A stretch of 64,000 nucleotides of DNA from Mytilus trossulus (taxonomy: Eukaryota): contig NC_086375.1 of the NCBI RefSeq assembly GCF_036588685.1, forward strand, positions 79,360,001 to 79,424,000, given 5' to 3'. Below are positions 15,601 to 26,722 of this stretch, piece by piece (position 1 is the first letter of the stretch; every line of letters starts with the position of its first letter). The notes below the pieces were generated by a model. It worked only from the letters and a program-made list of their open reading frames with translations. It made no database searches and had not been told where the DNA came from. A program made the translations under genes and the position numbers.

Positions 15601-18337
15601 TACATAAAATATAAAAATATTAGAATATTCGATATAATCTTATAATTATTGTTTAACTTTGCATATTTTGCTGCATTTGACCTGTTTGAAGCAACTTTAT
15701 AGTCAAAATGTAAGGCAGATTGCAATTTTTTAAATTCTTTACCTTTTTGTACTTTTTTGTACCCAAATATGTACTTACAGTAATTCTAAATTTAACCATC
15801 AACCTAAATACATTCACTTATATGATAAGATTCTTTATTCGTAATAAAATGCTCATATTTCATTATTCATTTTATTTGTTGCCATTCTCTGCAGATGATT
15901 CAAACTGTTTGAAAATGTAAAACACATATTCAAAGGCAATAGAAGTATACCGCTGTTCAATAGTCACAAATATGTAATTAATCACTGATGCTTTCATATT
16001 TGTATAAGTAAATTCTACAAAAGGTGAAAACAGCACGTTTTAATTTTATGCGACAGAAGCGCTTTTCTAGATGTACCTTCATCAGGAATGCTCTAATTTG
16101 AATAATTCAAAGCCAAAAATGTACAAAAACCGTACAAGCTGTATTGCTTTTGAATATAATTGTATTGCATATTGTATACGCTTTCTAATGAACACCAGAA
16201 CTGATAATTGTCATCAAGGTAAAACCTAACATTTTTGAAAACATTAATATAACATATCTCAACTTAAAACTATCAATTTTAAATACTAAACACTTTAAAA
16301 ATTCGACTTATTCTGATATTGTTTCTTTTGATTTTGTAACTTTTTCACATGCTATAAATATCAAGTGAATTGACAAAAAATATTTGAATTTGATTGAATT
16401 ATATAAAAAAAAAAAAAATGTTTCTACATTGGATAGAGGTATAGGGGAGGATTGAGATCCCACAAAATATGTTTAACCCCGCCGCATTTTGCGCTTGTCT
16501 CACGTCAGGAGCTTTTGGCCTCTATACGCCTTGTATGATTTTTAAATTTAGTTCATTTATATATTTCAGACATCCATAATCACTGAATAAGTACACATTT
16601 TTGTTTAGGGGTCAACAAAAGTACACCTCCGCGGGTGCGCTGTGTTGACGACCTATTTGTAGACTTCGTATGTTTTCTGCTCATTGGGCGGGTTGTTGTC
16701 TCTTTTACCCTTTCCCCATTTCTATTCTCAATTTTATAATATAAAATAGAAGAAATAACAAACAACTGATGCATATTCGCCTGTCTAGCTCGCCCACTGT
16801 CATACATGTAGCCTCAACCTTGACAATTTAAGATTAACATATTTTCCAGACCTTCTCAAGTTTAGGTTTTTGATATTTGTTACTAAAAACGCTTTGGTTA
16901 CACTTTTCAAATAAATGCATTTTGATTCAAAGAGAATGGCTTTCTTGCATGCACCAATTTACTTAGCATCTTATAAACCTTAAGAGATCTTTCTTGAAAA
17001 AAATATATGGGCGAAAATATTACACCTAACCCTGACCAAAATACCATTGCAAATTAAAAAAATATCGTATAGCTGATCTTAATCTTGTCCTTAAAATACT
17101 GCGGATAAAATTGTTTTGGAAATAAAAACAAAATGTTCCATTTGACGATTTAACATGACAACAAACCATGACAAAATATGGAAAATGTCTTGATTTTCCT
17201 AGTTTAACGTTAGTTGTTTTGATTAAATAATTATTAGGATTCCAAAAGTACTTGGAGCCTCAAGAAAAAACATTACATAGAGGATGAAATTGTGTAAATA
17301 GAACAAATAAATATTTCTTCAATTCATTTTTTGTGTGTGTTTGTAATTCATTACTTTTTTCTTAATATTATGCATTTTCTAACATTATGCGCAAATTTTA
17401 CTTTATTTTCCTGTGCATAAAACGGACTGAAGACACGCACACGCACAGAACTACACACGGTTTCGGTTCAAATTACTTGCATACATATCAAACAACTAAA
17501 TTATTTTTACTCTAAATGATTCAAAGTTGGGTTTTTTAAAAGCCAGACAATTTCAGATTTTCAGATTTTGTTTTTATTTTTAGTTCTTTGCACTTTCTCC
17601 CTTCTTTAATCAAAATGTTTACGTAAACGTCAAAACTATTGACATTAAGATTAACCACCGGGAAACCAATAGTTCAGAATATACCATACGTATTCTAAAA
17701 TTTAAATTCAGAAATTTTAAAAAAAGTTTGAAATTCTACCTTTTTCCAAAACTGGAATACACAAAAAAAACATTGTTATGGCGAAAAACGAACAAAACGA
17801 CCAAACTGCAAGTCTCTTAAACAGTGTATAGAAACTTAAGACCGATAAAAATTTTCGATCATGGTACACAAATTCATAAACCAACCAATCAGCATAATAG
17901 ATTTGGTGTTTCGAAGTTTTTTTCTATGAGTACTGAGTGATGTTTTATGACCAAGCGCCCTGGTGTTACAAGTGACAACCGTATTGTAAGTAGGTTGATA
18001 CGTTATAATAAGTGATTAGGCATCACAAATATTGTATGGAATAATTCTACTAAAGATCAGCTATTCACGTCATTAAGACATTGCCGTCACTTCTTGTTTC
18101 AAACATTTAATGGCACAAATAATTAACTGTAAAGGAGAACCCTGATTTCTCCTTATTTCAAAACTTACTGTCTACAAATTCAACTTGAAGTTCCGATGTC
18201 TCTCTTCTAAAAAACATTTAATCGATAATCTATGGGTAGTGAACAGACATGTGTATATGGTAATTACATACCTTTATTGCTGAAAGAATATCTTCACAGT
18301 CCCCTGGTAACATTCGACGAATTGTATACTTTTCCAT
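6677..18337 (-). CDS. SAT2: Diamine/thialysine N-acetyltransferase (SAT1/SAT2 family GNAT), 5 coding exons, 173 aa
   Basis: Exons 18337-18272 (66 nt), 15137-15086 (52), 12801-12736 (66), 8195-8059 (137), 6877-6677 (201); all GT-AG and phase-compatible. Protein: MEKYTIRRMLPGDCEDILSAIKELAKALKAEDQVMISEEILLRDGFGEKRLFDCFVAEFDNAIVGYVMYFTIYSSWVGKKAFMEDLYVKPEHQRHGVGTRLWRTAVKEALKDGCNQMEWGACSWNTAAIEFYKRKGAINITDIEQFHTYRLSYENMHKFVNSGEQMGDSDGER. Has the DGFG, YSxWxG, EDxYV, QxxGxG (acetyl-CoA) and WN..FYK..GA motifs. One-to-one orthology to SAT2 versus SAT1 is not established. Confidence 0.92.
9251..9462 (+). mobile_element. Hammerhead-ribozyme-bearing short retroelement (retrozyme-like family A), 5'-truncated copy in SAT intron 3
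   Basis: Matches the copies at 19993-20336, 22981-23163 and 24781-25131, and ends in the shared ...CCTGGTACCTTTGATAACTA. It interrupts a degenerate PLE RT remnant (about 9195-9250 and 9465-9530). Confidence 0.8.
9385..9428 (+). ncRNA. Minimal type I hammerhead ribozyme (intact core)
   Basis: GCGTCA-CTGATGA-GTCT(TGTGT)AGAC-GAAA-CGCGCG-TC-TGATGT: CUGANGA/GAAA core, 4-bp stem II, palindromic ACGCGCGT stem III, GUC cleavage triplet, 6-bp stem I. Confidence 0.85.
9925..10131 (+). mobile_element. Retrozyme-like family A copy with mutated hammerhead core
   Basis: Same body as 9251-9462; the hammerhead at 10054-10097 has GGAA in place of GAAA. Confidence 0.75.
10365..10961. mobile_element. Non-autonomous DNA transposon, Kolobok-like (TTAA TSD)
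   Basis: TTAA|GGTAGAT ... ATCTACC|TTAA. Purine-purine start plus TTAA duplication fits Kolobok rather than piggyBac. Confidence 0.65.
12850..13771 (+). mobile_element. 5'-truncated copy of a retroelement 3' region (family C) with a dead hammerhead module
   Basis: Colinear with 27275-28392 and shares the terminus CAGCG(G/T)TATACTACTGTTGCCTTT. Shorter copies with the same 3' end occur at about 19060-19310 and 45420-45530. Confidence 0.75.
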
Positions 18338-19992
18338 TTTTTTGTATTTTCATACAATGTTAAATTAGAATTATATATTATCAAAATCAAAAAGTATAAA
18401 TTATAACGATGTCTATTGTTACGTATAAATTTTCGACAATATGCACAGATATGGAGATGTGGTATGGTTGCCAATAAGACACCTATCAACCATAGTTGCA
18501 AACAACGATTGGTCACCATAAGGCCTTCAAACAGTAAAACAAATCCATACGGCAAGCTATAAACTTTAGACAATATACATATCATCTCATTAATTATGTT
18601 CCAACTATAAATTAATGACATAAAAATGGAACATCATACTTAACATCTGTACAAATTCTTTAGTTAAAATGTTAAAAGTGATATAAACACATATTTAAGT
18701 AATATTGTTAATTCAGATGTAATCTGCAAAGTCTTATGAACCGCGTTGTCTATACTTTTTTTTGTATTTTCAATATAGTGATAGTGATGGAAAATGGAGT
18801 TTCGGTTCGATATATATGATTTTCTCTTTCGCCGTTAATGGGTTATGATTATTGATAAGTTGTGAACTGGCATTTTATATTGTTTCACATGATCTACACT
18901 GGTAACCAGAAGTTAGATTGATCGGCAAAAAAGGTATTAACCTTATTTAAAAAAGAAAACTGAATATCTAAATAAGATTGTCAGACAAAAATCTAAACTA
19001 TGTTTTCAATTTATTTTAAATCATTTCTAATCATTCTAATACTCTCTTATTTTTGAGATATTAAGATAAGACGTGGCACGGTACTTGTTTATCCCAAATT
19101 CATGTATTTGGTTTAGATGTTATATGTGTTATTCGCGTGGGATTTTGTCTGATGCTTGGTCCGTTTCTGTGTGTGCTGCGTTTCGGTGTTGTGTCATTGT
19201 TCTCCTCTTATATTTAATGCGTTTCCCTCGGTTTTAGTTTGTTACCCCGATTTTGTTTTTTGTCCATGGATTTATGAGTTTTGCACAGCGGTATACTACT
19301 GTTGCCGTTATTATTCAACAAATATATCAAAATTAGTTATTTACTATATGGTTAAGCTATCTATTTATTAACGTCCAATTAAACGAATTCAAGCTATAAA
19401 GTTGATTTAAGCAGTTGTGTTATTAATGCATTAAAAAAAACTCATAGATAAGAGACCTTCTTCGATTTTGAATTGAAAGTACATAAATTCTCCACAAGTA
19501 GATAGCGAAGCGGTTTCACCCGTGATCAATATAAACTACTCGGAGTTTAGTATAACGTTCATTATCACTAACTTGTATACATATTTGTTTAGGGGTCAGT
19601 TGAAGGACTCCTCTGGTTGCGGGAGTTTCTCGTTGCATTGAAGACCCATTGGTGGCCTTCCACTCTTGTTTACTCTATGGTCGGGTTATTGTCTCTTTGC
19701 GACACTACCAATTTCCTTTTCCTATTTTACAAAGTACAAAGACAAACAGTGATTAACACAGGAGTAATTCAGAAATCACTTGCCAAGCGTCCGGTTGTTT
19801 TTTTAGAAAAAATCATGATAAAATCCTGAACTCTAGGAAAAAGAATTATATCAAACATAGCTGTTGGTACCTATCGGTAAACGTTTAAAGTAAACTTGAT
19901 AAGGGACAAAAGTAGAAGTCGTCCGACTTTTAAAAGATTTATTTTATATATACTCTCCCATTTGTAAACTATTTTTTCCCGCTTAATTTATT

Positions 19993-20336
19993 TACACCAC
20001 TGGGTCGATGCCACTGCTGGTGGACGTTTCGTCCCTGAGGGTATCACCAGCCCAGTTGTCAGCACTGCGGTGTCGACATGAATATCAATTATGTCGTCAT
20101 TTTTATAAATTTCCTGTTTACAAAACTTTGAATTTATCGAAAAACTATCCCAGGAATAGATTACCTAAGCCGTATTTGGCCCAACTTTTTTGGAATTTTG
20201 GACCCTCAATGCTCTTCAACTTCGTACTTGTTTGGCTTTTTTTTTTAATTTAGATATGAGCGTCACTGAAGATTCTTATGAAGACGAAACGCGCGTCTGG
20301 CGTACTAAATTAAAATCCTGGCACCTTTGATAACTA
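19993..20336 (+). mobile_element. Full-length (~345 bp) retrozyme-like family A element
   Basis: Starts TACACCACTGGGTCGATGCC and ends CCTTTGATAACTA. The hammerhead at 20260-20303 has a CTGAAGA/GAAA core but a mismatch at the base of stem II. Confidence 0.8.
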
Positions 20337-20892
20337 TGAAACAAGAAATTAAAATGGAGGATGAGTACTCTTTTGTGTAATATTTGACTCAATTTTTTGG
20401 AACTTTCGGTCATGAATTTGCTCTTCAACTTTGTACCTGTTTGGCTTTCTAACTATGTTGATCTGATCGTAACTTTGATAACTAATTATGTAATAAAAGT
20501 GCATTTGTTCGGTCTTTTCCAAGTTTAATCATCAACATGGCTAAATAAATTATTGCTTAAGGTAATGTGAGATGACACGTCCAGGTAATCAAGCGACTGC
20601 TCACAATTATATAATTCAGGTCCACGCATCTCCTTACTGTTGAGCGTAGCAGTGTACACGGCGGTTACTTAGAACTTGAAAAAATAACCACTTAGAACTT
20701 CTAAATTCCATTTACTTTTAAGATGGTAATATGTGAATAAAAAGTTTAAATAATCATTTTCATAACAGTGTGGACAACCGCAATACTCATGTTCGTAATG
20801 GTACTGAATTATTCACCTTAAACTGGTTTGTCATCGGCTATCGATAACAGTGATGTTACGCTCACTCAGTCTGTCAGAGGCCTTCGGGACAA

Positions 20893-21350
20893 AATTCCAT
20901 TTTGTCAATTTTGTCTCACAAAAGTCAATTTTGTCTCACAAAAGTCAATTTTGTCTCACAAAAGTCAATTTTGTCTCACAAAAGTAAATTTTGTCTCACA
21001 AAAGTCAATTTTGTCTCACAAAAGTCAATTTTGTCTCACAACAGTCTATTATGTCTCACAACAGTCTATTATGTCTCACAACAGTCAATTTTGTCTCACA
21101 AAAGTCTATTATGTCTCACAAAATTCTATTTTGTGACGACACAGTTCAATTTTGTGACGAAAAAAATCAATTTTATGACGCCAAAATTCAATTTTAAAAC
21201 GACAAAATTCAATTTTGAGACAAAATTCAATTTTGAGACGACAAAATTGGTTTTTGTGAGACACAATTGACCTTTGTGAGACAAAATTCAATTTTGAAAA
21301 AATTCAATTTTGTCTCACAAAAGTCAATTTTGTGTAACAAAAGTCGATTT
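20893..21350. repeat. 20-bp minisatellite (TTTTGTCTCACAAAAGTCAA) with an inverted, degenerate continuation
   Basis: About 11 near-perfect 20-bp units at 20900-21120 (variants ACAGTCTATTATGTCTCACA), then diverged and reverse-oriented units (GAGACAAAATTCAATTTT) to about 21350. This explains the repetitive ORFs at 20828-21291. Confidence 0.9.
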
Positions 21351-22980
21351 TGTATGCAAATTAGTTCGCAGAATCCAAACTAAACTAATTTTAAATTTGT
21401 ACTATGCTACAAATTTTGTTAAACTGAACTCATTTTTGTTGAACAAAAGTCACTTTTGTCCGTACAAAATTGAATTTCGAGTACAAAACCACAAGAGTCC
21501 CATTTGGCGCCACGTATCTTGAGCTGGCTGACCGTTATGGAATATCTGTTACCACAATCCAGTCCTCTTTCATCGAATGAGGCATACCGTATAAGACATT
21601 TTACCGGGTTAGTATTTTCATGAGCAACACAAAATTTGCCACATTTAGTGCAGAATGAACAAGCCAACGGGGTTCCATGTGGAGCATTATTTACTTTTCC
21701 TTCAGGGGCACCTGAAATCACCCCGGTTTTTTGTTTGTTCTGCTCAGTGTTTAGTTTTGTGAACTGTTAGTTGTCTTTTCGTTGTTCACTGTTTTTACCA
21801 TTGCATTATCAGGGTTTTTTTCAGAGTAATGAGATTAATTGTCCTTTCGGTTGTTTTTTTTTTTTTGCTTCTTTTTCATTCCATTATTTGAAACATAGAA
21901 TTCAGAATACAGAAACGTCCTATAAAGAATAAGGAAACGTTCATACTGAACACAAATTGAGGTGACATTATGTAGGTTTAACACACTTCTATTTTACGAA
22001 CTTTCTTTACATGACAGTGTTAAACACATAATTTGTCTTAGTTTTTGTACCTAATTTCATGTTTAACGCTGTTTGTTAAATATACATCATTTTAGCGTGT
22101 CAAAAACAAAGATGTAACAAAAAATCTCGTTGTGTAAGTATTATTTACGATAGAGCACTTAATGTATTTATGTTAATTGGAATAATAAACTACAAAGCAC
22201 GAATTACCCACATACCACCTGAAAATTGAAACACTTAATAAGTCTAGTAGAAATTCTTAACAACCTAAGATTCGAACGGACTCGTTTTCGTATCAATCTT
22301 TTGACATTTCGAAATATTTTTTCCTCAAGGTTTCAAAAAGAAGGGAAAGAATTGACAATTGTCAAAATGAGAATCATGGATTCTGTCTGAGGGTCAAACA
22401 TTTCAGAAATTAAACCGCCTCTGCCACAAACACTTAAAAATAATTTCGCTATACTAGTGGAGAAAAGCAAAAACAGTAATTTTCGTTTGCTGTTTATTAA
22501 TGCTTATTTCATTTGAAGGACATCAGTACATCCACTCGTTAAAATCAAGATGACATAATTAACCAGTTTCTTCTATATCCACTTTCACCTAATATTTTAA
22601 TTTTTATATTCTGTCTTCAAACGACATCATCGTGTTTGTTAATTTAATCTCAATTTCAAAGATTTTGAACGGTACTTTAAATGATTCAGATGCTATGTAG
22701 AGCTTAACATAATTTGAAATTTAATTTATAACGGGTTAATTTTTTTTCGTAAATAACTAGTCAATTGCATTGTGTTCTAATGACGAGTTTATTTACATCA
22801 TTGTTCAAAAGAAGCCATTTTTAAGTTGTGTTCTCCAGCTAAACGGTTACATTGAGGCCGAATTATTCATTTGCAAGTTGATTACTCATCAGCCATTTTC
22901 TAAGCTTATTTTGAAAAAATAACTAACCACATTTATCTACAAAGCTGATTCATTTTTGCTTCATTATTGTGTTTTATAGG

Positions 22981-23163
22981 CAGGCATAGATTACCTCAGC
23001 CGTATTTGGCACAACTTTTTGGAATTTTGGATCCTCAATGCTCTTCAACTTTTTACATGTTTGGCTTTATAAATATTTTGTTATGAGCGTCACTGATGAG
23101 TCTTATGTAGACGAAACGCGCGTCTGGCGTACTAAATTATAATCCTGGTACCTTTGATAACTA
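22981..23163 (+). mobile_element. Retrozyme-like family A copy (3' half)
   Basis: High similarity to the 3' half of 24781-25131. Confidence 0.8.
23087..23130 (+). ncRNA. Minimal type I hammerhead ribozyme (consensus, intact)
   Basis: GCGTCA CTGATGA GTCT TATGT AGAC GAAA CGCGCG TC TGGCGT. Confidence 0.87.
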
Positions 23164-23179
23164 ATTATAGCCCCTTCAA

Positions 23180-23694
23180 GGGTACAAAAATTTCAGCAAA
23201 ACTTTAAACATTTTTTTTTTCATTACAAATTGTATTTTTGTCTAGTTGTTACATTTTGATATAGTACACAAATAACCCTAGAAATTGATTCGTTTTTGTC
23301 CCTGATAACTATTTTTTTTTTATATCATTGAAAAGAATCCAAATTATCTCCCATTGGTTAAACAATGGCATCTTTTGGCATTAGAATTGAAATATCTTTG
23401 TTAGCTCATCGGTGACCTGTATCTTTTATTATGGTTGTCAAATAAGCTATACTGAAACTAAACAATTCTAAAAAAAAGATCGATATTACCTCTATTTCTC
23501 CTATTAGTTCAACAAATAAAAAGTACCAAAACAAAATTGCATGATTCTTACAAAGGCAGATTGTCAGCTGAAAAGAACGGTTACCCAATTTTTTTCATTT
23601 CATTATATGAGTAAGTGTACTAGGATAAAGTTCTTTTTTTTTTAAAACGAAATCTTTTATTAAAAAAAATATGGTTTTCTATCCACAAGCCCCC
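23180..23694. mobile_element. Kolobok-like MITE, degenerate copy of the 62771-63354 element
   Basis: Colinear with 62771-63354 (GGGTACAAAAATTTCAGCAAA ... GATATTACCT.TATTTCTCCTATTAGTTCAACA ... CCCCC|TTAA). Confidence 0.7.
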
Positions 23695-23983
23695 TTAAAT
23701 CAAAAATGTATATTTAAGAATGATCACTTTTTGATAATATTCACTGATCTTCTAATCATATTTACACGAATTTTATTTCTGCTAACCATATTGTTTTAAC
23801 AGATAGTAAATAGCTGTCAAAATTCATTTTAAAATGAGTAATTACTGGTTATAACTGGGCAGATTCAGTTATTACTTGTATTTACTAAGTGCATCGGGAA
23901 TTACAAGTAATTCCTAAATTTTAGTAATTACATATAATTCCTTAATTCACCTATTTACTGTAACATATATATAGTATATATTA

Positions 23984-24369
23984 ACAGACCACTTTCGAGT
24001 TCATTTGTCACCGGCAAAAACTTGTCAATTATGCGCGCCTTTATGATGTCATTTACCAGATAGAGGGGGTCGCCTGTATCCCTGCACTATTTACGTTCAT
24101 CAAGCGTCTTAGTGATCGTCATTGTGCAGCATAAACTAGAAATAATGGTTGTTCTGTAAGTACTAAATGACAATTCCCTAATGACAGCAGTGTTGATTGT
24201 CAATTTTAATAATTCAATTTGCCGAATTATTCCTACAATATAGAATAATAGTTTTCTAACCACTCGTTCAACTTTGGAATGGAAGTGACGACGCCCCTCA
24301 ACGCACAAATGACGTTCACTAAATCCAGAGTTTTTGACGGAAATGCATCGAACTCGAAAGTTGTCTATT
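23984..24369. mobile_element. MITE with ~18-bp terminal inverted repeats
   Basis: ACAGACCACTTTCGAGTT ... AACTCGAAAGTTGTCTAT. Confidence 0.6.
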
Positions 24370-24780
24370 GTATTTACACAATCGAACGTTGGAATTATTG
24401 CCTAGATGAGAAGCAGTTATTTCATATATTTTGTTAACACAATCTATAGAAAATAATTCATTTGAACACATCAACTATGCATTGATTTCAGGTATGGACT
24501 TGAACAAGACGGTCCCGTTGCATCCTTACTTAGTGCAAAAAAAGTAACTATATTTAATCACAAACAACCTAAAAAAAACAAGTAGTAATTTATCTTTTTA
24601 ATGATGGTATTTATCATTCTTAATGTAATGTTATTATCAAATGTATGCCATTCTAACGTTCCGAGTGCACCTTTCAATTCAACAGTCTAGTTAATAATAA
24701 TACGGTTATGGTAATGTAATAGTACATTTTCATATTAACGACTTTTGACTCCGGAATAAATATTATTCAACAGGTTACGT

Positions 24781-25131
24781 TACACCACTGGGTCCATGCC
24801 AATGCTGGTGGACGTTTCGTCCCCTGAAGTATCACCAGCCCAGTCGTCAGCACTTCGGTGTTGACATGAATATCAATTATATGGTCATTTTTTAAAATTC
24901 CCTGTTACAAAACTTTGAATTTTTCGAAAAACTAAAGATTTTCTTATCCCAGGAATAGATTACCTTAGCCGTATTTGGCACAACTTTTTGGAATTTTGGG
25001 TCCTCAATGCTCTTCAACTTTGTACTTGTTTGCCTTTACAACTATTTTAATCTGAGCGTCAATGATGATGCTTATGTAGACGAAACGCGCGTCTGGCGTA
25101 TTAAATTGTTATCCTGGTACCTTTGATAACT
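24781..25131 (+). mobile_element. Full-length (~350 bp) retrozyme-like family A element
   Basis: TACACCACTGGGTCC ... GGTACCTTTGATAACT. The hammerhead at 25056-25099 has ATGATGA for CTGATGA, so it is probably inactive. Confidence 0.8.
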
Positions 25132-25491
25132 GGTTATATGTGGTAGAACATCCTGTTACCTCGGTCCAGCAAGAGCAAGAGCAACGTAAATTCAAAATCT
25201 TAAATGATACAATTTGGAGAGAAGATTAAATATTTAAATGATTTTTTTTTTATTTCTGACTTATTTCTAGTAAAATAGGAAATCCCCTCTTAATTGCACC
25301 GATCATATATTTGATTTTATCTTTTTTGGTTGTTGGAAATTGACCGAACACCAGGATGACCTACCACAGTATATGTAACCTGTCGAAAAATTGTAGAACC
25401 CGAAGTCAAAAATTGGTATTATGAAAATGGTCTATTGTATGTCAAGAAAAGAAGACTTTTCAACAAGTTTGATTAACCCATGTAGTATTAA

Positions 25492-25815
25492 ATAGTTATC
25501 AAAGGTTCCAGGCTTTTAATTTAATACCCGTTTCGTCTTCATAAGACTCATCAGTGACGTTCAGCTCAAAACAGTCATACAGCCAAATAAGTACAAAGTT
25601 GATGAGCTTTGAGGATCCAAAATTCCAAAATGTTGTGCCAAATACGGCTAAGGTAATATATGCCTGCTATAAGACAATCCTTAGTATTTCGAAAAATTCA
25701 TACTTTTGTAAACAGGAAATTCATAAAAGTGACCAAATAATTGATATTCATGTCAACACCGAAGTGCTAACTGCTTGGCTGGTGATACCCTCAGGAACGA
25801 AACGTCAACAAGCAG
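25492..25815 (-). mobile_element. Retrozyme-like family A element, opposite orientation
   Basis: Reverse complement of family A; hammerhead stem III and the cleavage site are deleted (about 25525-25560). Confidence 0.75.
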
Positions 25816-26512
25816 CTCCATCTCTAATAATTTCTCATGAAATTTTCCCCAATTTTTATCTATATGGTCACCTTGGTTTAATAGCACTTCACAATTTGTC
25901 TTCAACATTTCTGTGTTAAAATCTGCATAGTTACCTCTATCGTAGCATATTTTGTTCTATTGTCAATTTTTTATTTTGTGAAAATAGATTATTAGATATC
26001 TGATATAGTTTATAAGATATCGCATATAATTTATAAGAGATCTCATATTAATTTCCTTTATAAAATATCTTATACTAATATAAGTATTTTGTTTTCTATT
26101 ATGTTTTGAGTTTACTGTTGTTTGTGATTTGATATTATTTTTTTTCCTGCCATGGCACTGTTAATTTATTTTCGTCTTAATAGTCGGAATGTCCTTTCTC
26201 TCTTTTATCTGATATCAATGCACCGTTTCTAAGTCTATTATAGATGATTGTGTGTAGCAATGTCTTTGTAATAAATCGGTATTGCTCTGTCGGTATTGAC
26301 CTGTTCAAAGGAGTATGTTCGGGAAGGGCCGATTTTGGCCTCAAATTTCAGGTTCATCTAACAAAAGTTTTGGACCCTTTTTTAACACTTAAGTGTCCAT
26401 TTCAGTTGATTCGATTAGTTTTTGTGAAAGATTTTAACTGATTTTTTCATTAAAAACGGGCTTCAATATGAAAAATCTATCAATATGTCAAAAAAACGTC
26501 ACTTTTCAGATA

Positions 26513-26722
26513 GTATTGATACGTTATTCACGTGCTTGTTCACACTATACGGACTTCATATACAGGAGTGTGCTCCTTACGCAGAAACTGCTCCAACAAA
26601 GTTATGAGGAGGACAGATTAAAATTGACACTTCGTAAATTTTATGGACACCATCACGAATTGGTGGATCCATATGATGTCTCTTTAATCAAACTAGCTAA
26701 GGACATTTTTACCACATGGTAG
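26513..26722 (+). mobile_element. Penelope-like RT C-terminal coding fragment
   Basis: LIRYSRACSHYTDFIYRSVLLTQKLLQQSYEEDRLKLTLRKFYGHHHELVDPY...FTTW*; same domain as the 1-335 fragment. Confidence 0.8.

Noticed and set aside
20828-21291. Repetitive ORFs (SQKSILSHKSQFCLTKVNFV)n
   Set aside because: They are translations of the 20-bp minisatellite, open in several frames, with no splice or homology support.
21419-21721. 100-aa ORF
   Set aside because: A chimera of a decayed Penelope-like remnant (LIRYA..) and satellite-flank sequence, not a gene.
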